Assembly (NCBI GenBank): GCA_015233055.1
Contig: JADFYN010000003.1
Location: 1 to 41,748 of the forward strand
From: Deltaproteobacteria bacterium
GTDB lineage: Bacteria > Desulfobacterota > JADFXK01
DNA length: 41,748 bases
Direction of reading: 5' to 3'
Shown in pieces: positions 1-8,273 of the stretch (position 1 is the stretch's first letter; every line of letters starts with the position of its first letter). Under the pieces are notes generated by a model. That model had not been told where the DNA came from, did no database searches, and was given only the letters and a program-made list of their open reading frames with translations. The position numbers and the translations under genes were made by a program.

Positions 1-127
1 ATCAAAAAGGAAGTCAAAAAAGATCGAGAGGCAGGAAGAAAAAAGGCAAGGTGGGGTACTTTTGACCGGCCGGGGTGGTGTATTTTTTCACCGGCCAAAA
101 TGGCTTACTTTTTCACCGGCGATAATA
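1..127. mobile_element. End of an IS21-family insertion sequence (cut by the window edge)
   Basis: Three ~22 bp direct repeats at 24-25 bp spacing (51-71 gtggggtacttttgaccggcc, 75-96 gtggtgtattttttcaccggcc, 100-121 atggcttactttttcaccggcg), ending ...ccggcgataata at 127. Multiple subterminal repeats are typical of IS21 ends. No transposase is visible in the window. Confidence 0.7.
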
Positions 128-256
128 GGCGGGAGTTTATCGCCGGAATTATATTTGAATATAGCTAAAACAGTTGGGGCTGACCGGACTATTGCTAAAC
201 CGGTTTTCAGGGATGAATTGCTTAAAATAGTTGGTCAGGTCTTGGGCGGCCGATAA
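128..256 (+). pseudogene. 3' fragment of a receiver-domain response regulator interrupted by the IS end
   Basis: Translation GGSLSPELYLNIAKTVGADRTIAKPVFRDELLKIVGQVL matches the C-terminal half of a CheY-like domain (GA..I.KP motif) and starts exactly at the IS terminus. Confidence 0.75.
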
Positions 257-321
257 AGGAATTTACTTTCAGGGAAATCCATTAATTCTCTATCATCAAA
301 AAAAGTTTCGCATGGAAACCT

Positions 322-702
322 CAATGTCGTTGACTTAAGGGTGCAGGGCAATCGGATCTGATTCTAATATCCAATAAATGGCAACTCCAATTAAGCCCCA
401 ACGGGGCGCTCTAGGTTAGCCCAGGGCAGCGCCCTGGGGAGGGGCGATACATATATAAAATGCCATGTAACATCAACATAAAATCGCCGGCCATCCATCA
501 TTTCAGCCGTAGTTATATATCTCCTTCAACGGAAATGGTTTTGGGGTTGGCCTGCCACCTGACCATCATGCTGATATGTAACCATCTGGATTTCCCAGGG
601 CGTTGCCCTGGGCTAACCTAGATCGCCCCGTTGGGGCTTGTTTGGAATTGACTATTTTAGAATATTTAGCTCGTTTGTCCTTCGCTTAAGTCAATGACAT
701 TG
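322..702. mobile_element. 381 bp MITE with IS4-like terminal inverted repeats
   Basis: 18 bp TIRs CAATGTC(g/a)TTGACTTAAG at 322-339 and 685-702 (17/18 match). 10 bp flanking duplication atggaaacct (312-321) / atgcaaacct (703-712). No ORF inside. Confidence 0.8.
393..639. repeat. Inverted REP-like doublet inside the MITE
   Basis: 46 bp arms at 393-438 and 594-639 (44/46 complementary), each with internal palindromes GCCCCAACGGGGC and CCCAGGGCA(a/g)CGCCCTGGG. Confidence 0.85.
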
Positions 703-792
703 ATGCAAACCTGATGAAATGGTATCTATTGTTAAAAAAACTTATTAATAGTTTTATTATTGATAGATATGATCAGGACGGCGTCCATGCCT

Positions 793-3700
793 TCACCAGG
801 TCTCAACAAACTTGACCAAGATAGGTCTTGCCGCCTCAACCTGATTTACTAACTCCCGATAGACCTCGGCCGCCGTCTGGAAATTGCCTTCTTTAGCCAT
901 TTGTTCTAGTTCGGCTGCTGCCTTACTTATTCCTATCGCTGACACGTTGCCGGCCGATCCTTTTAGAAAATGAGATTCTTCCCGTAGCGCTTCGGATATT
1001 TTTGCTTGTATGGCTCGCTCAATCCTTTCTAAAGATGACGGACACTGAGCTATGAACCCCGTCACCATTTCCTTGGCTAAGTCGACCTGATCCAAAACTC
1101 GTTGCAGGAGATCATTCTGGTCAAAAATCTCGTGGAGAGGTGAAAGGTTATCTGTTTCCAGATGGGAATATCCGACCAAACCCAAGGAAGGGGTGGGCTC
1201 GCCCGTCATAACCATGTTGATAATATCATAGAGTTTTTCTGGAGATATGGGTTTGGTAAGGTATTCATCCATCCCGGAGTTTAAACACCGCTCCCGATCC
1301 CCTTTCATGGCATAAGCCGTCATGGCGATTATCGGGATATGTTTACCGGATAATTCCTCCTTTTGACGGATAATCCGAGTCGCCTTAAACCCGTCCATGA
1401 CGGGCATCTGGACGTCCATCAATATCAAGTCGTAATCACCTTCGGCAAATTTTTCGACCGCCTCTGCACCGTTGTTCGCGATATCAACACAATGACCAGC
1501 CTTGATCAGGAGTGCTTTTGCAATCAGTTGGTTAATCTGATTGTCTTCGACCAACAACACGTTTTTGCTTGGCTGCCGGTAATACCCTTTGGGTATTATC
1601 TCTTCATCAGGGAGAATATCTTGCCCCAACTCCACCCAGACAGTAAAATAGAAAATCGTACCTTGCCCGGATTCAATATTATGCTCCGCCCAGATTTCGC
1701 CGCCCATAAGCTCAACTATTTTCTTGGAGATGGCCAATCCTAACCCGGTTCCACCGAACCTCCGGGTCATTGAGCCGTCAACCTGCTCAAAAGGCTCAAA
1801 TATGTCAACGATCTTGTCCGGAGGAATACCAATGCCGGTGTCTTTTACTCTGAATCCGAGTTTGAACCGGACGCCGTTTCCTTCTTCTAAGCCGACTTCA
1901 GCCGAAACAAATCCTTCCGAAGTAAACTTAATTGCATTCCCCAGGAGATTAATCAGGACTTGCCTCAGCCGGACGGGATCACCCTTCAAAAATTGGGGAA
2001 CGCAGGCATCTATTGAATAGTCCAACCGGACTTGTTTTTCGGCTGTCTTCGGCGTGATAATACTGAAGACTTGAGACAGGATTTGCCTTAAGTCAAAATC
2101 GACTCTTTCAAGTTCCATCTTCCCTGCTTCAATTTTTGACAAGTCCAAAATGTCATTTATCAAATCGAGAAGAGTTTCGGCTGAGACTTTGACCATCACG
2201 GCGTAATTATACTGCTGGATGTTAAGATCGGTATCGACCAATAAAGACGCTCCGCCGATGATGCCGTTTAGGGGTGTTCTAATCTCGTGGCTCATATTGG
2301 CTAGAAATTCACTCTTTGTTCTATTCGCGACCAGGGCTGCCTCTTGTGCGCTTATTAGTTCACCCTCGGCGTGTTTCCTCTCGGAGATATCATCGAATAT
2401 CCATATAGAACCCCGCGTATCTCGATCTTCAGCAATTGCTTGACCGGTAAGGGAGCACCAAAATAGAGATCCATCTTTACGTTTCAATAATTTTTCGGTA
2501 TGAAATATATTGCCGTCTGCCAGCGCCTGATAAGCCTGTTTGCCCGTCTCTTCGTAATCATCCGTTGTTGGGTAGATCACTTCACTAGTGACATCTGCCA
2601 AGTCCTCCAGGGTGTGTCCAAAAATCCTATTAAATCTATCATTTATCCAGATGAATTGTCGATTGACGGCATACCCGATACCAACAGGTACATTCTCAAG
2701 AATTGCATTGTGTTGAGTCAATATCCGATTAAGTTCCGTTTCCGCCTTCTTGCGTTCGGTTATATCTTCTACGATACCGGAAATACGGTAACCCGCCCCA
2801 GCCTGGTTCCGGACTGGAAAATAGCGAGCCGAAACCCACCGAATTTTGCCGTCCGTAGACCGAATACGGGCATCTGGAAACTTACCGGTCGAATCCGTCC
2901 CGTTTCTTATACTCTCAAAGTAAGTCACCACTTCCTGCCGGTCCTCTTCTACGACACCATCCAACCAGGAAAATGGTTGTTCATACAGACTAGCACAAGG
3001 GCGTCCCCAAATTTTTTCATAAGCCGGGCTGACATAATAGACGGCAGTCCAATCAATTGCCCCCAACCAGAAAACATCCTGAATATTTTCGGACAACTGG
3101 CGAAATTTCTCTTCGCTCTCTATCAAGGCGTATTCTGCCCGTTTTCTCTCGGTAATGTCATGAATTATGGAATATAATATTTTCTTTCCTTGAATGGTGA
3201 TAGGTCCGGCATACACTTCGACATCACGAATTTCGCCTGAAGACAGTCTGTGGAGAAGCTGAAAGTATAACTGCTCGCCTGAAATTGCTTTTTCTATGTT
3301 CTCCTTTATTACATCAGAAGGAAAAATATTTATCTGAGCGAGCGACATTCCGATTAACTCTATCTTTGTATAACCATAAAAGTTACAGGCAGCATAATTG
3401 GCGTCAACAATCCGGTTGTCATCGGGATTCACCAGAAGCTTAACCGCCCGGTTTGTCTCAAACATCTGCCGAAACCGCTCCGCGCTCTCCCTAAGCGCTT
3501 CTTCAGACCTCTTAAGCTCCGTGATATCACGGGATATACCGAAGACAGCGCTATGGTTTTCCCATGAACCCTTAGACATCCGGGTATCAACAAGAACATA
3601 TGAACCGTCCCTTTTCAATATGGGTATGTCGTGCCTTGCCCCTCCCGCACTAATTACCTCATCAAGCACCAGGGTAATTTTAGGTCTATCTTGATCAGGA

Positions 3701-4983
3701 TGAAACTCATGAATATACTTATCCTTTATCTCATCGAGCGGACAGCCCAGACAAGACAGGGCCGCGGGATTACAGCCCAGGATCCGGCCGTCATCACTTA
3801 AAACGAAAACCAGATCGTCGATACTGTCAAACAGCTTTTTGAGGTCCATCTGGCGTTGAATTATGCGGCTTTGGCTTCGTATCCTGGTAATGGCGGCCTG
3901 GGTCCGGTAAACGATGGTCTCTAAACCGGTCTGCAGGTAATATTCTAAAATGCTTTTCGAGTATGACAGCAGCACCAGGAGGGCCACGACCTGGCCTTCC
4001 GTCTTCAGGGGAATCAGGGAGATGACATTGAGCCCGCCTGATCTAAGTTGATCTTTTGTTTTCTGATCAAACTCATATATGGAGCCACCAGAACCTGTCC
4101 GAACAACATGGTCATCAGCCACTATATAATCCGGTAATCCATGATCGTGCAAGAGGCTTATCCGTTCGGCCCGGTCATCCACCAAATAAATACCGCCACG
4201 ATCTATTCCGTCTATCTTTATTAAGGCATTCAGACAAAAACGAAGGACCTCGTTTGTGTCTGCGGCGGAACTAAACTCAAAGCTAAGGTCATGTTGGATT
4301 TGGGCCAGTTGTTCGGAAAATTTTTTTTCGGTTATATCTTGCCCTACGGCCTGAACCTCGATGACATGCCCAGGAGTGCCTGAAATAGGGCGGAAAGTCC
4401 ACTGAGTCCATCTGGCTTGCCCGCCGGGTAAGACCATCCGGCATTCAATATCAAACAAAGAACCTTGGGGATGAAAGATGTCGAGTTGATTTTCCAACAC
4501 ATACCGGTCAGACTGATAAATCAGGGATAAAAAATCTTGTCCCATAAGTTCATTATGTTTCTTTGAAAAATAGCGGGAAATAGCTCCGTTGGCGAAGGTC
4601 AACCTCCGGTCGGGTAAAAACCGACAGATAAACTCGGTCTGGTCCTCAACTATACTGCGATAACGGCGTTCGCTTAACCTGCGTGCTTCGACTTCGATAA
4701 TGACCCGGCTTAATAGTCGCTTTTGTTTTGCCCATAGGTAGGCCGTGAATGTGGAGATTGAGGTGACAAATATTATGGTTATCAGATTTGATTGGAGCAA
4801 GGTCATTTGGGGAAATACCGTCCACTTGAGGAATTGATACCCTGTCATAAACGTGAAGGTGGCTAAGGCTGCTCCGATCACATAGAGTACAACGCCGGCC
4901 GGGCTAGCCTGGTCAGAGGAGCAATGATCGACTTCTGTCTTATTTTCTAATAAATTATCCGGCGGTTGATGTTGATCTGACAT
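793..4983 (-). CDS. Hybrid sensor histidine kinase (2 TM, multiple PAS, GAF, HisKA, HATPase, REC, Hpt), ~1396 aa
   Basis: H-box FLANMSHEIRTPLNG, N-box NLLGNAIKF, G-boxes DTGIGI and GGTGLGL, REC LILMDVQMP, Hpt SHFLKGSAG. Start moved to the ATG at 4983, which follows a purine-rich RBS (the ORF track starts at 5079). Confidence 0.95.
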   Translation of the reverse strand: MSDQHQPPDNLLENKTEVDHCSSDQASPAGVVLYVIGAALATFTFMTGYQFLKWTVFPQMTLLQSNLITIIFVTSISTFTAYLWAKQKRLLSRVIIEVEARRLSERRYRSIVEDQTEFICRFLPDRRLTFANGAISRYFSKKHNELMGQDFLSLIYQSDRYVLENQLDIFHPQGSLFDIECRMVLPGGQARWTQWTFRPISGTPGHVIEVQAVGQDITEKKFSEQLAQIQHDLSFEFSSAADTNEVLRFCLNALIKIDGIDRGGIYLVDDRAERISLLHDHGLPDYIVADDHVVRTGSGGSIYEFDQKTKDQLRSGGLNVISLIPLKTEGQVVALLVLLSYSKSILEYYLQTGLETIVYRTQAAITRIRSQSRIIQRQMDLKKLFDSIDDLVFVLSDDGRILGCNPAALSCLGCPLDEIKDKYIHEFHPDQDRPKITLVLDEVISAGGARHDIPILKRDGSYVLVDTRMSKGSWENHSAVFGISRDITELKRSEEALRESAERFRQMFETNRAVKLLVNPDDNRIVDANYAACNFYGYTKIELIGMSLAQINIFPSDVIKENIEKAISGEQLYFQLLHRLSSGEIRDVEVYAGPITIQGKKILYSIIHDITERKRAEYALIESEEKFRQLSENIQDVFWLGAIDWTAVYYVSPAYEKIWGRPCASLYEQPFSWLDGVVEEDRQEVVTYFESIRNGTDSTGKFPDARIRSTDGKIRWVSARYFPVRNQAGAGYRISGIVEDITERKKAETELNRILTQHNAILENVPVGIGYAVNRQFIWINDRFNRIFGHTLEDLADVTSEVIYPTTDDYEETGKQAYQALADGNIFHTEKLLKRKDGSLFWCSLTGQAIAEDRDTRGSIWIFDDISERKHAEGELISAQEAALVANRTKSEFLANMSHEIRTPLNGIIGGASLLVDTDLNIQQYNYAVMVKVSAETLLDLINDILDLSKIEAGKMELERVDFDLRQILSQVFSIITPKTAEKQVRLDYSIDACVPQFLKGDPVRLRQVLINLLGNAIKFTSEGFVSAEVGLEEGNGVRFKLGFRVKDTGIGIPPDKIVDIFEPFEQVDGSMTRRFGGTGLGLAISKKIVELMGGEIWAEHNIESGQGTIFYFTVWVELGQDILPDEEIIPKGYYRQPSKNVLLVEDNQINQLIAKALLIKAGHCVDIANNGAEAVEKFAEGDYDLILMDVQMPVMDGFKATRIIRQKEELSGKHIPIIAMTAYAMKGDRERCLNSGMDEYLTKPISPEKLYDIINMVMTGEPTPSLGLVGYSHLETDNLSPLHEIFDQNDLLQRVLDQVDLAKEMVTGFIAQCPSSLERIERAIQAKISEALREESHFLKGSAGNVSAIGISKAAAELEQMAKEGNFQTAAEVYRELVNQVEAARPILVKFVETW

Positions 4984-5084
4984 TGGTCCGTCCCCGCGTT
5001 GGTTTCTCCAAACCTGCTGACGATTATCTCTTGGGCTGTCAACGTCCGCGATAAGGTTATAAATTAAAGCAAGAATCATTTTGA

Positions 5085-6815
5085 TTATTGCCCGGTGCTC
5101 TTGCTTATGTCAATAATTTGCTTACCCCCGGGATAGGAAACAGGTTCATATTTAGTAATTTTCTCAAGTTTAGATGTAATCCCGGCCATCCGCTTAATTT
5201 CCTGTCTTATCGTGACCAGCTCTTCAACCAAGGTCTCTTTGTCGGGGATTTCTTCGAGCAACATTTCCGAATATCCCAGTATCACCTGCATCGGCTGGTT
5301 CATTTCGTGGCAGACAGCCCCAGCCATCTCAAGGACACCCTGCAGTTTAATATGCCGGTGTTGTTCTGCCTCTGCTTTTAGGCGGTCGCTGATATCACAC
5401 AAGAAGCTTAAAGTAGCCGTTTTACCGTCCCAATCAATCAATACCGAGGTGCCCTCAACCGATTTTTCAGCACCATGGGCGTCAATGATTCTAAACTTAA
5501 ATGGCTCGGTCATAGAACGGCCTGAAAGCCTTCTAATGTATCGTTCTATTACCTTCTCCCGGTCCTCAGGGTGGATATAATCAATAAAAGGTTTAAGCAA
5601 ATACTTCCCTCCTGAGTATCCTGTCAGTTCAATTGTCCGGCGATTAAAAAACTTGATCACGCCATCCTGGGTAACGACAATGGCGTCATTTGAGTTTTCG
5701 ACCACCTGGCGGTACCGGTGCTCACTTTTACGCAGTAACTCTTCAGCCGCCTTGCGCGCCGTTATATCGGTAATTACGGCAAAGGAACCTTTATACTTTC
5801 CATTCTTATCAGTGATAATTTCAGGCGATATCACCGTTGTCACCCGCTCACCGCTCTTCTTGATCCAGGCGACCTCATAAGACGCCCGGCCTCCCCTCTT
5901 TCGCTTGACTATCAGATCCCTCCAGATTTTCTGGCCCTCTTCATCCAATAAATCAGGAACCTGACGGCCAAGAAGTTCACGTTTGGAGTATCCGAGCATC
6001 TCACACATCCTGGCGTTCACATAGGTTATTATTCCGGCGGCATCTTGAATTCCCAGGCCGTCGTTCATTCTCTCGACTAAGGTGCGATATTTCTCCTCAC
6101 TTTCACGAAGTTGTTCTTCGATCAGCGCCCGGCGGGTGACGTTAAGAAAGTATTCTATTATTTCAACAACATTCCCGTCAGCATCGAAGACAGGACGGGC
6201 ATGAACTTCATAGCTGCCCAGGACTCCCAGATGGTCATGATGGAGATGCTCTACCATGATCGGTTTACCGGTCTTCTTGACTTTGACTAATGGGCAGGGG
6301 TGCTCGTCCCCTTCACAGGGGCTGTTTCTCTGGTGGGAAATGGAATAACAGGTGGCGGGTTCCGTCAAATCATTCCGAAGAGGCATGTTGGTTAATCTTA
6401 TCGTATAATCATGAGCGTTTATGATAAAAAAAGGATAAGGCATGTCCTTGACGACGTTATCCAGGATCAGATTTTGTTCTTGCAGTTTTTGTTCCGCCTG
6501 CCGTCGAGAAACGATTTCGCGGGAGAGTTGATCGGTCAAGATCATGAATTTGCGGGTTATGAGGTAGGCGGCGGTCGTGGCGACAAAGCTTCCCACGATG
6601 ATTGTGATGATATTTGAATGGATCAGGGTCATTCCCGGATATACAAGCCATTTCAATAACTGGTAGGCGGTCAGAGCCGTGGCGCTGATCAACCAGACCC
6701 AAATCCAGAGCCATCTCGAAGGATGGATTATTTGTTGATCCATTGAGATAAACCCTACCTCCCCGTCTTTCGGAGCCTTTTCATCTAGGTGATTGTTTGA
6801 GATCGCGGCTGACAT
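5085..6815 (-). CDS. Membrane PAS-domain protein with a C-terminal HisKA dimerization domain and no ATPase domain
   Basis: Two N-terminal TM helices and three PAS/PAC repeats. Ends GVLEMAGAVCHEMNQPMQVILG...KQIIDI with no N/G boxes. RBS AGGAG upstream. Confidence 0.9.
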   Translation of the reverse strand: MSAAISNNHLDEKAPKDGEVGFISMDQQIIHPSRWLWIWVWLISATALTAYQLLKWLVYPGMTLIHSNIITIIVGSFVATTAAYLITRKFMILTDQLSREIVSRRQAEQKLQEQNLILDNVVKDMPYPFFIINAHDYTIRLTNMPLRNDLTEPATCYSISHQRNSPCEGDEHPCPLVKVKKTGKPIMVEHLHHDHLGVLGSYEVHARPVFDADGNVVEIIEYFLNVTRRALIEEQLRESEEKYRTLVERMNDGLGIQDAAGIITYVNARMCEMLGYSKRELLGRQVPDLLDEEGQKIWRDLIVKRKRGGRASYEVAWIKKSGERVTTVISPEIITDKNGKYKGSFAVITDITARKAAEELLRKSEHRYRQVVENSNDAIVVTQDGVIKFFNRRTIELTGYSGGKYLLKPFIDYIHPEDREKVIERYIRRLSGRSMTEPFKFRIIDAHGAEKSVEGTSVLIDWDGKTATLSFLCDISDRLKAEAEQHRHIKLQGVLEMAGAVCHEMNQPMQVILGYSEMLLEEIPDKETLVEELVTIRQEIKRMAGITSKLEKITKYEPVSYPGGKQIIDISKSTGQ

Positions 6816-6949
6816 AGATAACGCTCCTAATAGGTCTTCGAGATAGATTTAGCCGGATGATAATTCGGTTACCGGTTGAAGATAGGAGTCTATTGAAGAG
6901 AGCACCTCGAAACAGCGATCAGCGATGTAGGGTAAAGATTCCCATAAGG

Positions 6950-7354
6950 TTAGTTCTTAACGAATTGGTCCAGGATTTGTGCTATTATTTCGGGGGTAAT
7001 TGGTTTAAGGACATAACTATCGGCACCTGCCTCCATTGCCCGGTGATAATCCTCAGGCAATTCCGAGGCAGTCATGGCTATAATGGGGATGCGCTTTCTT
7101 GTTTCCGATTCTTGCTTTCTGATATGTCTAATCAGTTCAAAGCCATCCAAGTTAGGCAGCCGGATGTCCATTAAAATTAAATCGAATTCCTTCTCCAGCA
7201 GCTTATCAATGGCTTCCACCCCGTCACCGGCGATCTCTATAGCGCACGTGACCCGTTCTAAAAACCTGGCAATAATCCGCTGGGTCGTCACATCATCTTC
7301 AACCAACAGAATATTCAGCCTGGTACTAGACTCGACACAAACGTTATTCTCCAT
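6950..7354 (-). CDS. Single-domain response regulator (CheY-like)
   Basis: LLVEDD, LILMDIRLP, IIAMTA and LKP receiver motifs. Confidence 0.93.
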   Translation of the reverse strand: MENNVCVESSTRLNILLVEDDVTTQRIIARFLERVTCAIEIAGDGVEAIDKLLEKEFDLILMDIRLPNLDGFELIRHIRKQESETRKRIPIIAMTASELPEDYHRAMEAGADSYVLKPITPEIIAQILDQFVKN

Positions 7355-7786
7355 CTTGATCGGACCTTATGTTGAGGTTATCTATCATTCGTGCGACCAG
7401 GGGCCAAGCAGGAAGTTTAAAGATCACCTGTCGCCCTGGAACGAGCAGTCCATTTTTTTACCCTTGCCACAGATCTATGGTGTTAAGCGTTCACCCCGGT
7501 AATTTGACTTAGGAGGCTTTTTCCGAGTTGGGAGTGAATATATCCCCTTCGCTGGTTTTATACTTGACTCAATCAGTTACCGAGGCATAAAGGTTAACTA
7601 TTTGAAGCTTAACTGGTTATGCTGAAAAAATCAATCAAATTATTATTCGAAGCGGAGGGCTATCACAAGTCCATAATAATTTCCATATACGGAGTTACGC
7701 TGACTATTATTAACGGACTCTCCTATCCCGGTCTGGGAGCGATGCGGTTTAATTAAGGGGACAGCTTGGACTGGAATCCGCATCAT

Positions 7787-7920
7787 TGTCTGAACCTTGA
7801 TTACGCTGATTAATTGATAGGCTATGAAAAAGCAGGCCTTCCTCGCGTTAGACAGATGGTTTGCCGTGAGGGTTCGACCTCATAGTAAATCAGTCAATCA
7901 GCGTAAGCACAGTTCAGACA
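7787..7920. repeat. Intergenic inverted repeat (REP-like hairpin)
   Basis: 32 bp arms tgtctgaaccttgattacgctgattaattgat (7787-7818) and atcagtcaatcagcgtaagcacagttcagaca (7889-7920), 27/32 complementary. Confidence 0.75.
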
Positions 7921-8105
7921 CTAGATTATTTTGATTATTTTTGACAAGATTTTGTCTGGACAATATAGAGGTGGGATTACTTCAAAGACGTTCTAGCTAA
8001 CTGTTGTCAGAGGAACTTCTTGCAACACTAATCTGCGTGATACATGGATAACCATGACTGACTTGGGGTAAAAAATACCGAAAAGGCTCCTAAGCCCAGG
8101 TCAGC

Positions 8106-8254
8106 CTGTCAAGGGCCATAATTCAATCCGCAGATTGCACCGATTTGCGCAGATTAGGGCCAAAATAGGTCTATGGGGCTTTCCCATCTGCGTTCATCTG
8201 TGAAATCTGCGGATATATTTCTGGTGGTTAATTAATAAACTCGTCGAACTCAGG
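8106..8254. mobile_element. Partial copy of the CCTGAGTTCGA-TIR MITE family
   Basis: Ends aaactcgtcgaactcagg and carries the ccgcagatt...atctgcgttcatctgtgaaatctgcgg hairpin. Homologous to 32648-32836. The left boundary is approximate. Confidence 0.75.
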
Positions 8255-8273
8255 CCCTGGGTTTTCTCTGTTT

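Noticed and set aside
51-121. Regularly spaced direct repeats as a CRISPR array
   Set aside because: The gaps are only about 3 bp, too short for spacers, and there are no cas genes. The pattern fits IS21 subterminal repeats.
62-256. 64 aa ORF as a real gene
   Set aside because: It is a chimera of IS-end sequence and a response regulator 3' fragment.
2500-3177. 225 aa plus-strand ORF and other short ORFs inside the hybrid kinase
   Set aside because: Antisense to a well-supported gene, with no protein motifs.
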